Shown here: piece after piece, positions 12,917 to 25,945 of the stretch
Numbering within the stretch: the stretch's first letter is position 1
Layout of the letters: each line of letters opens with the position of its first letter
The notes under the pieces: model-generated
Seen by the model: the letters and a program-made list of their open reading frames with translations, nothing else
Told to the model about the DNA's origin: nothing
The model's database searches: none
Origin: Octopus vulgaris
Lineage: Eukaryota
NCBI GenBank assembly: GCA_951406725.2
Contig: OX597817.1
Location: forward strand, 124,310,001 to 124,374,000
Reading direction: 5' to 3'
Length of the DNA stretch: 64,000 nucleotides
Translations under genes and position numbers: made by a program

Positions 12917-15900
12917 TTGGGAATTAATATTGGTAGATAGTAGTAAAAGATTTGAACTTCAACAAGCAAATATCTGGCTGTCATAATATTTCCTTCATAT
13001 CAGATTACTCCCCAAAGTCATTAGTACTGAGTATTTTTGGTGCATTCTAATTTTTTGATATTTCTGTATAGTTAATTGCAATAAGAAGTCAGTTTAGATT
13101 GTAAGGAATCGATTATGTGCCATCAGCTGTCATGGACTTTAACTAATTTTCCCACGAAACTTTTCTAACTGAAAACATATAGACCTAAGGCCAGCGTTAT
13201 GTTGCATCCTTTGTTTTCTTAATTACCCAGCAGTACTCTGGTAACTGCTTTGATAAAAGACAGAAAGTAAGTTATATTATAACAAGGACTATTGTCAAAA
13301 ATCTGTGGAAGAACTAATGTAATACAATTAATATAGTAGCTAAAATAGAAGATCTGAATCTGTTTGGTTTTGCAATGCATTGGAGATAAAATGAAAAATA
13401 GTCGCACACTTTGTATGGAAAGTTTTAAAATAAACTATATTTTTAAGTTAAAAGTGTGGCAAAAATATAAAAAATCATTGTTTACCTTGTTTTATTAATC
13501 ATATGTGCAATTAAAAAAATTATGAATAGCTTGTTTTTCAAAATGCTTGAGCAATTGTATTGATTTTCTAAAAGCTTAAATTGTATTTCTAAAACCCCAT
13601 GGAACATCATTTGAAAACCACTGAGCTAAAAAACGAAATAGTTTCACTGCACTGTTCTGGTAGACAAAACAGTGAATGATTTCCCCATGTAAATGGTACT
13701 TAAAATTTTTTCAAATGCATATTATCATATGCAACCAGTTTCTATTGTATACATGTATCTTGACAAAGTTTATAACACCATCAGACCTGATATAACAGAT
13801 CTTGATCAAAAATATTTCAGCCATGACCATTCTGTCCTTTTCCTATGCAAAGTACACCTAAGACCACATTTTTCAATGTATCATTTTCTAAGACAATAAG
13901 ATGTCCTCTGAGAGAGATTTAGGTGTTGTTTCTAATGAGCCATTACACAGATATTCCTCATTGGTTTATTGAATCATATCCTCTAATGTGTCCTTTTTTA
14001 TAAGGTTGAATGTGATTTGAGAGGAATTTAGCAGCTACATCTCGGACGTCAAATAAAAATAAAATATTCTTGTAATACCTAGAGACAACTTGTACTCAGA
14101 CACAAAGTTTTAGCACTGAGTATTTCAGTAGCTATTTCTATGATTATTAGTACAACAAATCTGCAGTATTATAGAATGGCAGATTTGATATAACATCAAA
14201 CAAAAAGCTTTATTATATTTAGTTATGTCCTTTAATGTTCTGACATCAAATTTTGCTATGATTGATTTTGCCTTTCATCTTCTAGGATTGATTAAGTAAA
14301 TGCTAGCAATGTATTGTGTCCATTCAATCAGCTATAGTGATTCTCTGTGAATGCATAGGCCCTGTTTGATTACTTGTTGTCTGAGACTTCTTAATCTTCT
14401 AGCTACGACTATCTTGTCTTTTACATATGCAGATTGCCCATAAAGGTCATATTATCTGATGCATCCTTTCTGAGAGGGAAATGTATATAATTTCAGAGAT
14501 ATTTCACTGCTAATTCTAGCAAATTAAAGGATTGCATAGCAGCTCCTTTACTGAACCCAATATATCTGCCTCCCTAATTCTTTCTATTTATACCCCAAGT
14601 TTAATTATAGTTCATCTCAAATGAAATCATTCATTCTAGAAATTACCTTTCGTTTTCCAAACACAAACCTCTAATTTTCTAGATATCTTATTAACTACTC
14701 CAATATTAAATATTTTTCCCCAACTCTTCTACCTCCAGAGAGTCGCCATGCTCTTCATCCTCTGACATATCAAAGAAAAGAGAGAGAGAAAAAAAACAAC
14801 AAAAACGTATGCAGTTACCTACAATGAAGCTAATCAACTTTATGGGACAAAAGAAAACAAATATTAGTTTTTGTATCTGATACATTAATTAATAATTCAA
14901 AATACCAATTTAAATTAAGTGGCATAAAAAGATTCTTTTACATCTCAAATTAAGAGTATTAATTTAAGCTGTTGGAAAATAAATATTTAATATTTCTTTA
15001 ATCTGTTGGGTGGGGGATATTGAAAATCAATTTAGCTGTTGCTGAATATCCTTTGGTTTGCTTCTGATTGGCTACTATCATGTGTCTAGTGATTCACAGA
15101 ACAGTATTCATATGGAAGTTTGAAATGATTTCTCTATATATCAGCTTTTTTATGTTGAAAGTTGTAACTTTATTTAAGTTTTGATCTCTAACATAAACAA
15201 ATGGGCACAAATTTTAAGTGAGAAATCAATCGATTTAACAGACCCCTGTACTTGACAGGTACTTTATTTTAACCTCAGAAGGATTAAAGGCAAAGATGAA
15301 TTTATTAGAAGTCGAACAGTGAATGTAAAATGAGTAAAAACCAAACACTACAAGGTATTCTGCACAGTGATCGACCACTTTTGTTACTCCATTGCCTTTC
15401 TACCATATTTAGAATCAATTGCATTGCCAGGAGCCATATTTTTAATTTCATGGAAAATTCTATTTCTAATAGCTTTCATTACTCCAGTGCTTGTCTTAAT
15501 CTTGTAACACAATGGATTGCCTTATTATTGTGCATGCATTCATAGTAAATGGGCCGTGTAGTGTGCTTCTTGAAGCTTTTAGTTTCATAATGCAATTTTT
15601 GCATTAGCTTTATTTATAAGCGCTTTTGTTTGATTTCATTACTCTTTTAACTGTATTAGCTTTATCATCAGTACACGAGTTAAAATGGAAAGTTTGGAGA
15701 GAGGATGGCATAAATATATGTTTATGAAATGATGTGGAAGAAATTTAATTCATATGCCCAAAGTTGAAATTATGAAGAAATTATGAAAGTCTATCCTTAA
15801 GTTTCATGTGTGTGTAGGACAAAACCTCCTAGAAAAAGAAAGTGCTGGGGAAAAATAACACCGAATGACAAAAAAGAACAAGCATTTTTAAAACATAATT

Positions 15901-16173
15901 CTTATTCTTATTATTTGTAGCTTATTGAGATTTCTCTGAGGTGTAAAATATTACATTAATTAATTTAATAATCCCAGTTACAAAGATGAGCATAATAAAA
16001 AGAATATCAAATTAAAACAGACACTATATTGAAAACCACATTAAGAGTTGAGATTCACTTAAATTTTATTTTCTTACAACCTGATGCTGTGTCCTACACC
16101 ATTCAAAAATTCCTCTATAGTCATCTTCTTATTCACATAGTCCAGGGCAGGTTTTTGCCCAAACCTCATTTCA

Positions 16174-16389
16174 TACTCTCTTTACTCTTTTACCTGTTTC
16201 AATCATTTGTCTGTGGTCATGCTGGAGCACCGCCTTTAGTCGAGTAAATCGACCCCAGGACTTTTTCTTTGTAAGCCTAGTACTTATTCTCTCAGTCTCT
16301 TTTGCCGAACTGCTAAGTTTCGGGTATTTAAACACACCAGCATCGGTTGTCAAGCAATGTTGGGGGGACAAACACAGACCCACAAACAT

Positions 16390-16420
<31 letters not shown>

Positions 16421-16581
16421 CGACAGGCTTCTTTCAGTTTCCGTCTACCAAATCCACTCACAAGGCTTTGGTCGGCCCGAGGCTATAGTAGAAGACACTT
16501 GCCCAAGGTGTCACGTAGTGGGACTGAACCTGGAACAATATGGTTGGTAAGCAAGCTACTTACCACACAGCCACTCCTACA
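16174..16581 (-). mobile_element. Full-length family A SINE
   Basis: Reverse complement of the 2247-2676 copy over its entire length. Confidence 0.9.
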
Positions 16582-18514
16582 CAGATTTTTTTACGTAATA
16601 TATTGTTATTGTCATTTTGTTTCTGGTCATCTTACTATCTACTTATATATAGGCAAATGCTTTCTAACTTTGACCATCTCATTCTTTCTACAAAGTTTAT
16701 CCAGGACTATATTGTCCAATATCTCTTATTTTCTAAGAAAGAGACTGCATAAAATTTAGTTGCTATTTCTAGCAGAGAAAACAAACACATAAAGTTTCCC
16801 TCATTGACACTTATGTAAGATACAATTTGAAAATAAGTTTACATGCATACACTTGATAGACATGCATTCAGATTAGCTGAGTAAATAGAAACTCTGGATT
16901 TTTCTTATGATGATGGCATATCCAATTTATTTATTCTTCAAACGTTTTCTCTTTACAACACTAACCAGTGAACAGTTCCTGTACATTTATCTAGTAATTC
17001 TAACATCACTATTTTAGCAAGTTTCCTGGAGTCCATTTTGTTAAGTTAAGATAATATCAAATGCCAGAAGTCAACTTCCATACTTATGGTCTAACCTCAG
17101 ACATTTATAAAGTGAGACTAAATAAATGTTTTGCAAATGTACAAACATACACTTATGGACGTATTCACAATTTACACATGCATGCAGGCATGCACTCAAG
17201 CAAAGTTAAAGTTCTTGAGTTATTTTATTCTGTAAACGATTCCAATGAACATGTTGATATGTACATGAATAAAAGCATTACCTATTACCTAGCATATTTC
17301 CTAGTCAGCAGCTCTAAGATTTTTCCTCTTTCTGCAGGATGAACACAAGTAGATATTTCTGATACTAATCCATTTGAAATTAACTGAGATGTCCTTGGGT
17401 TTGTCTATATCCCAACCATATATTTTGTTATATTTTCAAAATCAACAGGATGTAGCCTTTCACACTTACACTGGAATGTCATTCTACAACCATGTCATAA
17501 GAATCTTAAAGCTACAAGATTATGAACGATTAATTCAAAACAATCTAAAAAAAAAACAAAAACATTACAATCGATTGAGTGACCCGAGTGCTAAAGAGTT
17601 AAAACCTACAGAAATGTTTATTTGGTTCACTAATATTTTTCTCTTCCCACGTCAGTATTTATAACTTTGTGTAGCATTAACAGATTTGTAATTTTTTATT
17701 CTCTGTTGCTACTGGAATTAACTTGTATCGTTTTAAAAGTAATGTTGATAACATGCAAACTATTAATTTGTAAAATTGGTACAATACTTCAAAATTAGCT
17801 GATTTATTGACCTCAATGCTTAAAGTAGAATTTATTTTATCAACCCTGGATGAAAGAAAATAGGTAGTCAACATAGGTGTGATTTTCCGAATTAGAATAG
17901 ATACCATTGTTATTAATTTCTGTGACTATTTGATAAAGATAAATATTTGTTGTTGTTAAATACATCTTCAGTTTTGCTATCTGGCTCATATTTGTAATAA
18001 AATATCAGCAACTAATATATTCTCAAAAAATATTTTCTTCAGTAACAGTTTTTGTTCAGTTTGTACTTTTAATTTTATGCCTTTTTTAATGCAAGAACCA
18101 AGGGGTTTTGCCTATTTTGTGGTTGTGTTTTTCTGGCAGGTTTATAATGAATGTTGGTTTGGCACAAGAAGCTGTTGAAAATGTTTGTTTTATTATTTAA
18201 TAACAAAGAAAAATTAAAAGCAACTGATTACCCCTCTTTCTTGACTTAATTACAAGAAACTACAAAAATGAGATCTCCAAATTTTTAAAATATTCACAAA
18301 AGGTAGTCCCTGTGCAATGAAAAGTGAAGTTTTACCATGGCAAGAAATTGATGAAGACAATAAAAATAAACATAATAATTCTTTCTAATTTTGGCACCAG
18401 GGTACCAAATTTAGGAGAAGGGGGTCAGACAATTACATTGAACTCAGTGCTCAAATGGTACTTACTTTATTGAGTTGTTTTATTTACATTTGTGATTTAT
18501 TACTGGCCAGTGCT

Positions 18515-18630
18515 TTGTACCGCTAAGTTACTTGGATATAAACACTCCAGCGGTGGTTATCAAGTGATGGTGGAGGGACAAACACAAACATAAATACACA
18601 CACACACACACACATATATGTATGTATATA

Positions 18631-18676
<46 letters not shown>

Positions 18677-19057
18677 AAGTCAATCCAAACATGAAAACAC
18701 AAAGAGAAAACACAACAATGCGAGGGCGTGGAACAAGTATAGAGTTATTGGACGCTCAGGAAAGGAAAGAAAGAAAGGAGGATTTAACGCTTCGAGCGGA
18801 GCTCTTCGTCAGAAACATAGGAAAAGGAAAGATCCAAGGAAGGAAAGATGGAGGAAAAAAGTTGCCAACGATACACACGTGGCCGCACACATGCATGCAC
18901 AACAGGCTTCTTTCAATTTCCATCTACCAAATTCACTCACGTGGCTTAGGTCAGCCTGAAGTTATAGTTGAAGAAACTTGCCCACAGTGTCATACAGTGG
19001 GATTGAACCCAGAACCATGTGGTTGGGAAGCAAACTTCTTACCACACAGCTATATCT
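18515..19057 (-). mobile_element. Family A SINE interrupted in its microsatellite by a Penelope pseudo-LTR-like element
   Basis: 3' part at 18515-18670 and 5' part at 18900-19057 are colinear with the family consensus. Confidence 0.75.
18672..18888 (-). mobile_element. ~215-bp Penelope pseudo-LTR-like element with minimal hammerhead motif (copy 1)
   Basis: Homologous to 20110-20322. Minus strand 18816-18782 reads GTTT CTGACGA A GAGC-TCC-GCTC GAAG CG TT AAAT. Confidence 0.7.
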
Positions 19058-19639
19058 ATTTTTGTCCTTTATTTATCATTATCACTATTTATGTATTCAT
19101 TGCAATGATTTCTCCCAACATAAGCAACACAAAATATGTATTATTTGTATTATGCAAAGAAATACTTGACGAAGCTCTACTGCAAATATTCAACCATAGA
19201 TATGTTACTCTTCACACAGAAACAATTCCGTGCAATGTAGTAAAAAAATGGAGTACTACAAAGACAATTGTAATTAATAATAAAGTTGTGCTATATTCAT
19301 TCCTTATCGTCTTATTGATGCTATGTTACTCTTTCAAATACTTACACACTGCTTTTACCACTGAGGTGCTGGAAGTTCAGCACCAGTGGACTGGTGCTTG
19401 TGTTAAGTGCTGCATTGGAAATACACTCATTTTCAACTCTATCAGAACCTACACTGTATATATATATATATATACAAAATGAGAAAATGGAGAAACATAC
19501 TTAAATCAATCATCAACCATCAGATAGTACCCAATCAATACTTTATTACACCATTACATAACAGCAATGACATTATACATAATATATTGCAAATATAACT
19601 AGACATGGAAATAGAAATATAAAATATAATTACATCATA

Positions 19640-19750
19640 TCTGACAGCTGTTTCGGCCGTGAAGACAAGCATGTCTCATTTAACCTATTAGCCATATAAA
19701 GCAGGTATAAATGAGACATTAACAAGGATGTCTCACGGCCTCTTCAGAGA
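19640..19750 (-). ncRNA. Hammerhead ribozyme motif (type I, minimal, palindromic stem III) within a probable Penelope pseudo-LTR (about 19475-19790)
   Basis: Minus strand reads TCT CTGAAGA GGCCGTGA-[70-nt hairpin]-TCACGGCC GAAA CAGCTG TC^AGA. All core nucleotides are present, with an 8-bp stem II base, a GUC cleavage triplet and a 3-bp stem I. Confidence 0.8.
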
Positions 19751-20059
19751 ATTTAATATAAGTGTGAAAACAATTTACATATAAATATAAAAATATAAAA
19801 TATAAAAATGTGTGCATAGACACTCATAATTCTACACATATATATATACACATTAATACAATAATACAATATAAACAAAATATATCAGTATACATTAACA
19901 AACACAGTTATTTTCCATATTGGACTCATAGTTCCATAACCCACATCAAGGAAATACATGTACACTCACATTTAAATTTAAAGCAGACATATATATATAA
20001 AACAGTCCAGTTCATTAAAATGTATAACCATACAAAAAGTCAATAAATTTAATATTAAT

Positions 20060-20094
<35 letters not shown>

Positions 20095-20109
20095 CCATGA
20101 TTGTACCAT

Positions 20110-20322
20110 ATAGTTAATCCAAACATGAAAGCACAAAAAAACACAACAACGCGAGGACGTGGAACAAATATAGTATTATTGGACGCTCAGGAAAGAAGGA
20201 AAGAAGGAGGGTTTAACGTTTCGAGTGGAGCTCTTTGTCGGAAACATAGGAGAAAGAAAGATCCAGAGAAGGGAAGACGGAAGAAAAAAATCGCCAATGC
20301 TACACACGCGGTCACATTTTGA
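20110..20322 (-). mobile_element. ~215-bp Penelope pseudo-LTR-like element with degenerate hammerhead motif (copy 2)
   Basis: Homologous to 18672-18888. Minus strand 20245-20211 reads GTTT CCGACAA A GAGC-TCC-ACTC GAAA CG TT AAAC. Confidence 0.7.
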
Positions 20323-20433
20323 ATATATATACATACATATATGTTTATGTATGTATATATATATATATATCTATATATACATAATATATATATATATATA
20401 CATGCACACACACAGTTATTTATAATATGTATG

Positions 20434-20474
<41 letters not shown>

Positions 20475-20477
<3 letters not shown>

Positions 20478-20650
20478 CACCCATTACATTCTCAGAGGGA
20501 TTGGCATTAGGAATGGCATCCAACTGTAGAAACCATGCCAAATCAGACTGAGGTGTGGTGCAGCCTTCCAGCTTGCCAGCCCTGATCAAACCATCCAACC
20601 CATACCAGCATGGACAACAGACATTAAATGATGATGATGATGATGATGAT
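20475..20650 (+). mobile_element. RTE-type 3' tail (5'-truncated LINE or RTE-tailed SINE) ending in (GAT)n
   Basis: Matches 9325-9490 and the reverse complement of 35558-35725. Confidence 0.75.
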
Positions 20651-20889
20651 ATGTCTATGTATGTGTGTGTGTATACACACACACAGACAATAGACTTCCT
20701 GCGGTTTACATTTACAAATTGACTTAAAAGGCATTGGTAAACCCTATGGTAGTTAGCCAAGATGTTACCCTTTGGAACTGAACACAGAACCTTATAGCTG
20801 CAAAGCAGTATACTTCTTAACTTGATAGCCAGCTGTTCCCCCAAATACATGCATGCACATACATGCATGCACACGTACACATGCACACA

Positions 20890-20925
<36 letters not shown>

Positions 20926-21993
20926 CACACATGTGTAATTTTCTTAAAGAATCATATTGCTTTGATTTAGAATTCTTTTCCAACCTTTCCTGTTTTGGTA
21001 CTTAGAATATTGAAATTTAAATAAGATAAAAATGAAAATTTCTTAGCTTTTCTTGTTTTCGTTTTTCTTCAAATACATTTTCCTTCTTTCAGGAATTCAA
21101 TCATATATGATAAGTACATTATTTATTACTTGAGATTTACAAAACAGTTTTCAGATAAACTTAAACTATTCATTATCAAAACCTTGAGAAGCATTGGCAA
21201 TTCGATTTGAATAGATCTTAAATCATTAAATTGCCATAATAAACATTAATTTCTTTCTAATTAAGAAATCAGATCATGTTAAAATAATCTACGTTGATAG
21301 GACAAAAGTGTCACTAGAAAGATTTCATCACCTCTCAAATTTATGTTTTTTCTGTTTTTGTCACCACTGGTTAAATATTTCATTCTTCACAAGACAGCTG
21401 AAAGAAAAGAGTAATGCTAAGAAAAAAAAAACATAAAACATGAAATAATGTATTGAAACTTCCCAAGTTCTGTGATTATAGCAAAATGTAATTGAAAAAT
21501 TATTTTATATTCATATGGAATTAGTTTCAAAAGAATATAGCAAGAAGCAACCATTACTATTTATTCTTCATATTTTCAATATATATATTTTTTTTCATTG
21601 CTGCACATCATTAAGATTTCTGTCACTGATGAGGTCAATTAATGTTTATAAGTATTGCTGAAAAACAGGAAAGTTAGATTAACCTAAAAAGTAGAATTAA
21701 TTATCAAATATTTCATAGCAGTGTTCAAGCAATACAAAACCATTTTAACACCCTTATGGAACTGATACATTTTGAAGTTAGAAAATTATGAACAGAAAAA
21801 GAAACAAAGCGAGCAATAAACATTGCTTAAAATTTTTAGTTATTTCTAATCAGGATTAGTGTGAAACTGTATGAATAAATGTGGGAACATATAAAATTTT
21901 ATTTATTTCTGAAACTTTGTGATTTTGTATAATTTTTCTAATAAATTAACTACTCTGCTTGATTAAAAACGCCAAAGAAGCATAAATTAAAAG

Positions 21994-22090
21994 CAATAAT
22001 AATAATAATAATAATAATAATGATAATAATAATAATAATAATAATAATTATTAATAATAATAATAATAATAATGATGATGATGATGATGA
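21994..22090. repeat. (AAT)n/(GAT)n microsatellite
   Basis: Direct reading of the sequence. Confidence 0.95.
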
Positions 22091-22396
22091 ACTACATACA
22101 TGTGTATAAATACATACACATATATTTTTACTCCGATGAGCACATCATTTTCAATTTAATGTATCAAAAATAAAATTTTTGTTTCTGTTTCTTTTTTGGT
22201 TTATCTGTTGTAATGCTTTGTCATTTATAGCATCGCTATCGATGTTAATAGATTATTTCAGTTTAGAAATACTTTTAAATGACTTTATTTGACAAGTATT
22301 CATTTTGTTTGACAAGATCCAAAGTCAAAATTCAAATGCTAAGATATATGATCATCTAAATCAGTTTTGTAATAATTATTTTATTACTTGTGATAA

Positions 22397-22542
<146 letters not shown>

Positions 22543-23199
22543 GGAAAGAGAGGTGGTAGTAGTAACAGTAGGAGGAAAGTGATAAAACAACATTGGGTGA
22601 ATTCAAATGTGAAAAAGAGATAAAATAAAGCATTTCAGTATATTGAAAATTCTACTATTCTGAGTGAGCTATGTTCATCACCTTTAGTAATTCTCTAAAA
22701 ATATTATTATCTCCCTCTCTATATATAGTTACCATGTATAGTCTTGTGTGTTGGATAGTAAGTTGAGTGGTTTCTAGTCTGTAAACAACATTACATTGTG
22801 TGTATGGCTGGGGAACTTAATTCTGTGTTGGTTAGGAACACAACCTCTCCTTCCATACTGAAACATTAAAAAGATGCAAAAGATCTGACCCACTTAACTG
22901 AAAATATGGTCTATTTGCTAAAGAGAAACTCTCTGTTACAAGCAACAAGACTTTAAAATCAGCAAAAATAGTTCTTAAATGTCTAGAAGTGCATTTAACT
23001 TTTACATTCTTGGGAGTAAAGAAATCTGGTTGTGTGGTTGTCAAATGAAAACCTGAAAAAAAAGAAACCAAGTTAGTAAGCATAGCTATTTAGGAATAAG
23101 CTATTAGAATGAATTTTATAAGGGTAAAGATCAGTAAAATTCAGTCAGATAGCAAATACTAAATCTGTGGAAAAAGAAACAAAAGCTTTAACCCACTCT

Positions 23200-23820
23200 T
23201 AAATGAATGCATGGAGTTAGTGCATGTGCAGGCATGATTATTTTTGTAAACTAGAGCATTGGGATATTAGCTGATTATTTGGACTCAAAGTGCAAAAAAA
23301 TGGTATGAGAATGAACTGGAGTCTATGATAGAAAATTATATTTGCAGGATTTTATGAGATTTCTCCTTCAAGACTGACTATACAATTGAAAAGAATAGAC
23401 CAAACAGACCAGATATGATTGTAGAGGGCAAAAGAAAAGACAAAAATTTAACAAACAGTTTAAGATCACAGACATTGTTATACTATACAATAGTAGCATG
23501 GATACCAATGAAACTGAGTAAATTGAAAAATATCAAGAATGAAAAGATTTTGGAATAAAAAGATGACAGTTGTTTTGTAGTAGTTTGTGCACTTGGCACC
23601 TAAGAGGCTAGAAGGGTAGTGGAATTGTGACATGTATTGCCATTCTGTGTTCTGCAAACATTTTGAGAGAAAGATTCTGAGATTTGAGGAGTCTTCTTGT
23701 TACCAAACTGATAAGAATCTACAAGGTGACAAGGAGCTACACAATTAGTGCAAAACAGGAAAAAACGCAAAGAGGTTTGCCTGTGTACACGGATTTACAG
23801 CAAAACTAATGAGATAATAA
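23200..23820 (+). mobile_element. Decayed Dong/R4-like (restriction-like endonuclease) LINE 3' end
   Basis: Broken translation RHDYFCKLEHWDI, WYENELES, RIL*DFSFKTDYTIE, NRPDMIV, IEKYQE, CALGT, SANILR. Confidence 0.75.
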
Positions 23821-24243
23821 AATTCTAATGATTAAGGGAGATAACTTCTGATAACTTTGAAGAAAAGCAAAGTAACCCTGACTCTTTATGCAAGCACCCA
23901 CCCCATTCAGTCTGCCTGTAATTTTAAAGTGCGTGGTCAGTGTAGAGTCACTCACTTTGATCATGTTTGTTATTCTCATCTAGTTTTCAGAAAATTTGCT
24001 GGCAGGCAGCAATGCCCTCTCCATCCTTCTTTTCCTTTTCAAGTGAGTGTTGATAGCAGATGGACTAACTCTCTTGTGGAAATTATTCTTTCCATAGAAT
24101 GCAAAAGAGCAGATATTTCAGTCTGTTCTGACATGAAATGGGATGAGACATGACAGTCAGGGAGTAATAGATAATGAATCCAATGTTTGCATTTGGCAGC
24201 TCTGCACGACCTTTGATGAATAGTTTCTTCTTAACATTTTTCT

Positions 24244-24476
24244 TATTTCTTTATTGCCCACAAGGAGCTAAACATAGAGGGGACAAACAAGGACAGACAA
24301 AGGGATTAAGTTTATTGCATCGACCCCCGTGTGTAACTGGTACTTAATTTATCGACTCTAAAATGATGAAAGGCAAAGTTGACCTCGGCGGAATTTGAAC
24401 TCAGAACATAACAGCAGACGAAATGCCGCTAAGCATTTCACCTGGTGTACTAATGCTTCTGCCAGCTCACTGCCAT
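24244..24476 (-). mobile_element. Family B SINE with 15-bp target-site duplication
   Basis: Well-preserved core; flanks tcttaacatttttct (24229-24243) and tctcaacacttttct (24476-24490). Confidence 0.85.
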
Positions 24477-24723
24477 CTCAACACTTTTCTGAGTGAGATT
24501 GGTCATCCTATTAGCCACCTCATCTCATATTTTATGTAATTAGAGCTTTAGACTGAAGCAGACATTGAGCAGTTTGATCAGGCCATCTGTCCAGTGCCCA
24601 TAGGTGTTGTTAGATGGCACTAGATCTGCCTCACTAAATTGCTAAGTCTTCTTACTGCTTGGATCATAGTCTCCAAAAATTTTTTTCCATTCCCATTCCT
24701 CATATACAGTTTGAGGTCATCAG

Positions 24724-24812
<89 letters not shown>

Positions 24813-24828
24813 ATATATATATATATAA
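24724..24828. repeat. (TCTA)n then (TA)n microsatellite
   Basis: Direct reading of the sequence. Confidence 0.95.
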
Positions 24829-25945
24829 TACTTTATTATATCAGTATTAGTATTGTTTGATTGGGGACACATTTTAAGAGAGAGTAAGCATAAAAAATCT
24901 GAGTTTTGTATTGTCAAGTAGGTTGCTAAAGAGAGATGCACAACTCACATTTGATATATTGATGTATAAGGATGTTCTCTATATCTATTTTAGTCTTGCA
25001 TTAGATGCAGACACTATGAATAGATACAATAGATTGATTTTGTTCCATACAAAAATGTTTTTCGAAGAAGAATTTTTCTACGGCTTTCTTTTCCTATACT
25101 TGAATTTTTATCATGGTAGGCTTAAAAAAAAATATAAAGACTAACAATCACTGTAGTTGATCAATCCAAGTGTAAAAAAAAATTAAAAATGATTATATAC
25201 AGAATTGACAAAAGAAGAACAAAACAGAATGACATAACTTTTTTATATTAATAATTAATAACAGCTGATTTAACATTTATAAACTAACAGTCGTAAGCTG
25301 TCTCATGAACGACTGATTTATGCTTGTTTCAGAGTCCTGAAAATTTGTAAATGGTAGGGAGAAATGAGAAGATTGTAATCTATCGAATTTCAGAGACAAA
25401 CAAGATTACTGAGTACATATGTGGAATCATATAACTTCATTTGTAAGAGACTGAAAGAAATCTATTAGATATATTATATATAGAAGAGAAATTGATGTTT
25501 GGATGCTATGGTGTCTATATCCTATCTAAAGAGTAGAAGGAAACTATCTAGAAAGAACGTGAAAGACAGACTAAATGTGGTTGGTTGCTTGATCTGTTAG
25601 TAATAGTTGTCAAATCTGTCTCAAATCACATTTTATTGTACAGAAAAAGAGGGAGACATATAATGTAGTCAAAATATACTCTCTTTGAAATGAAAGACAA
25701 ATTGGCTTACAGTTAGAATGACTTTGATCATGACTTAGTTTGATATCACATGGCTGACCCAAGGTTAAATAGCAAGAGAGATTACAGTGCAATTGATACA
25801 GAGAATATTAAACAAAACATTTTCATTATAAAACATTTCAAAATTATTCAGTGAATATGTGTGGACATAGGTGTGTGTGCATGTGTGTATATATATATAT
25901 CAAAAATTTCTCTTTAGAAGTTTTATTATATGACTATTTCTTGTT

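Noticed and set aside
18622-19482. Longest ORF in the track (286 aa)
   Set aside because: It is a chance read-through of (TA)n, an antisense pseudo-LTR, an antisense SINE and AT-rich sequence; no protein motif.
18672-20322. Retrozyme or LTR element bounded by two direct repeats about 1.43 kb apart
   Set aside because: Copy 1 lies inside a SINE whose other half is between the repeats, so the copies are better explained as independent insertions; no PBS, PPT or TSD seen.
21625-21675. CTGATGA...GAAA on the plus strand
   Set aside because: No stem III, UH triplet or stem I follows.
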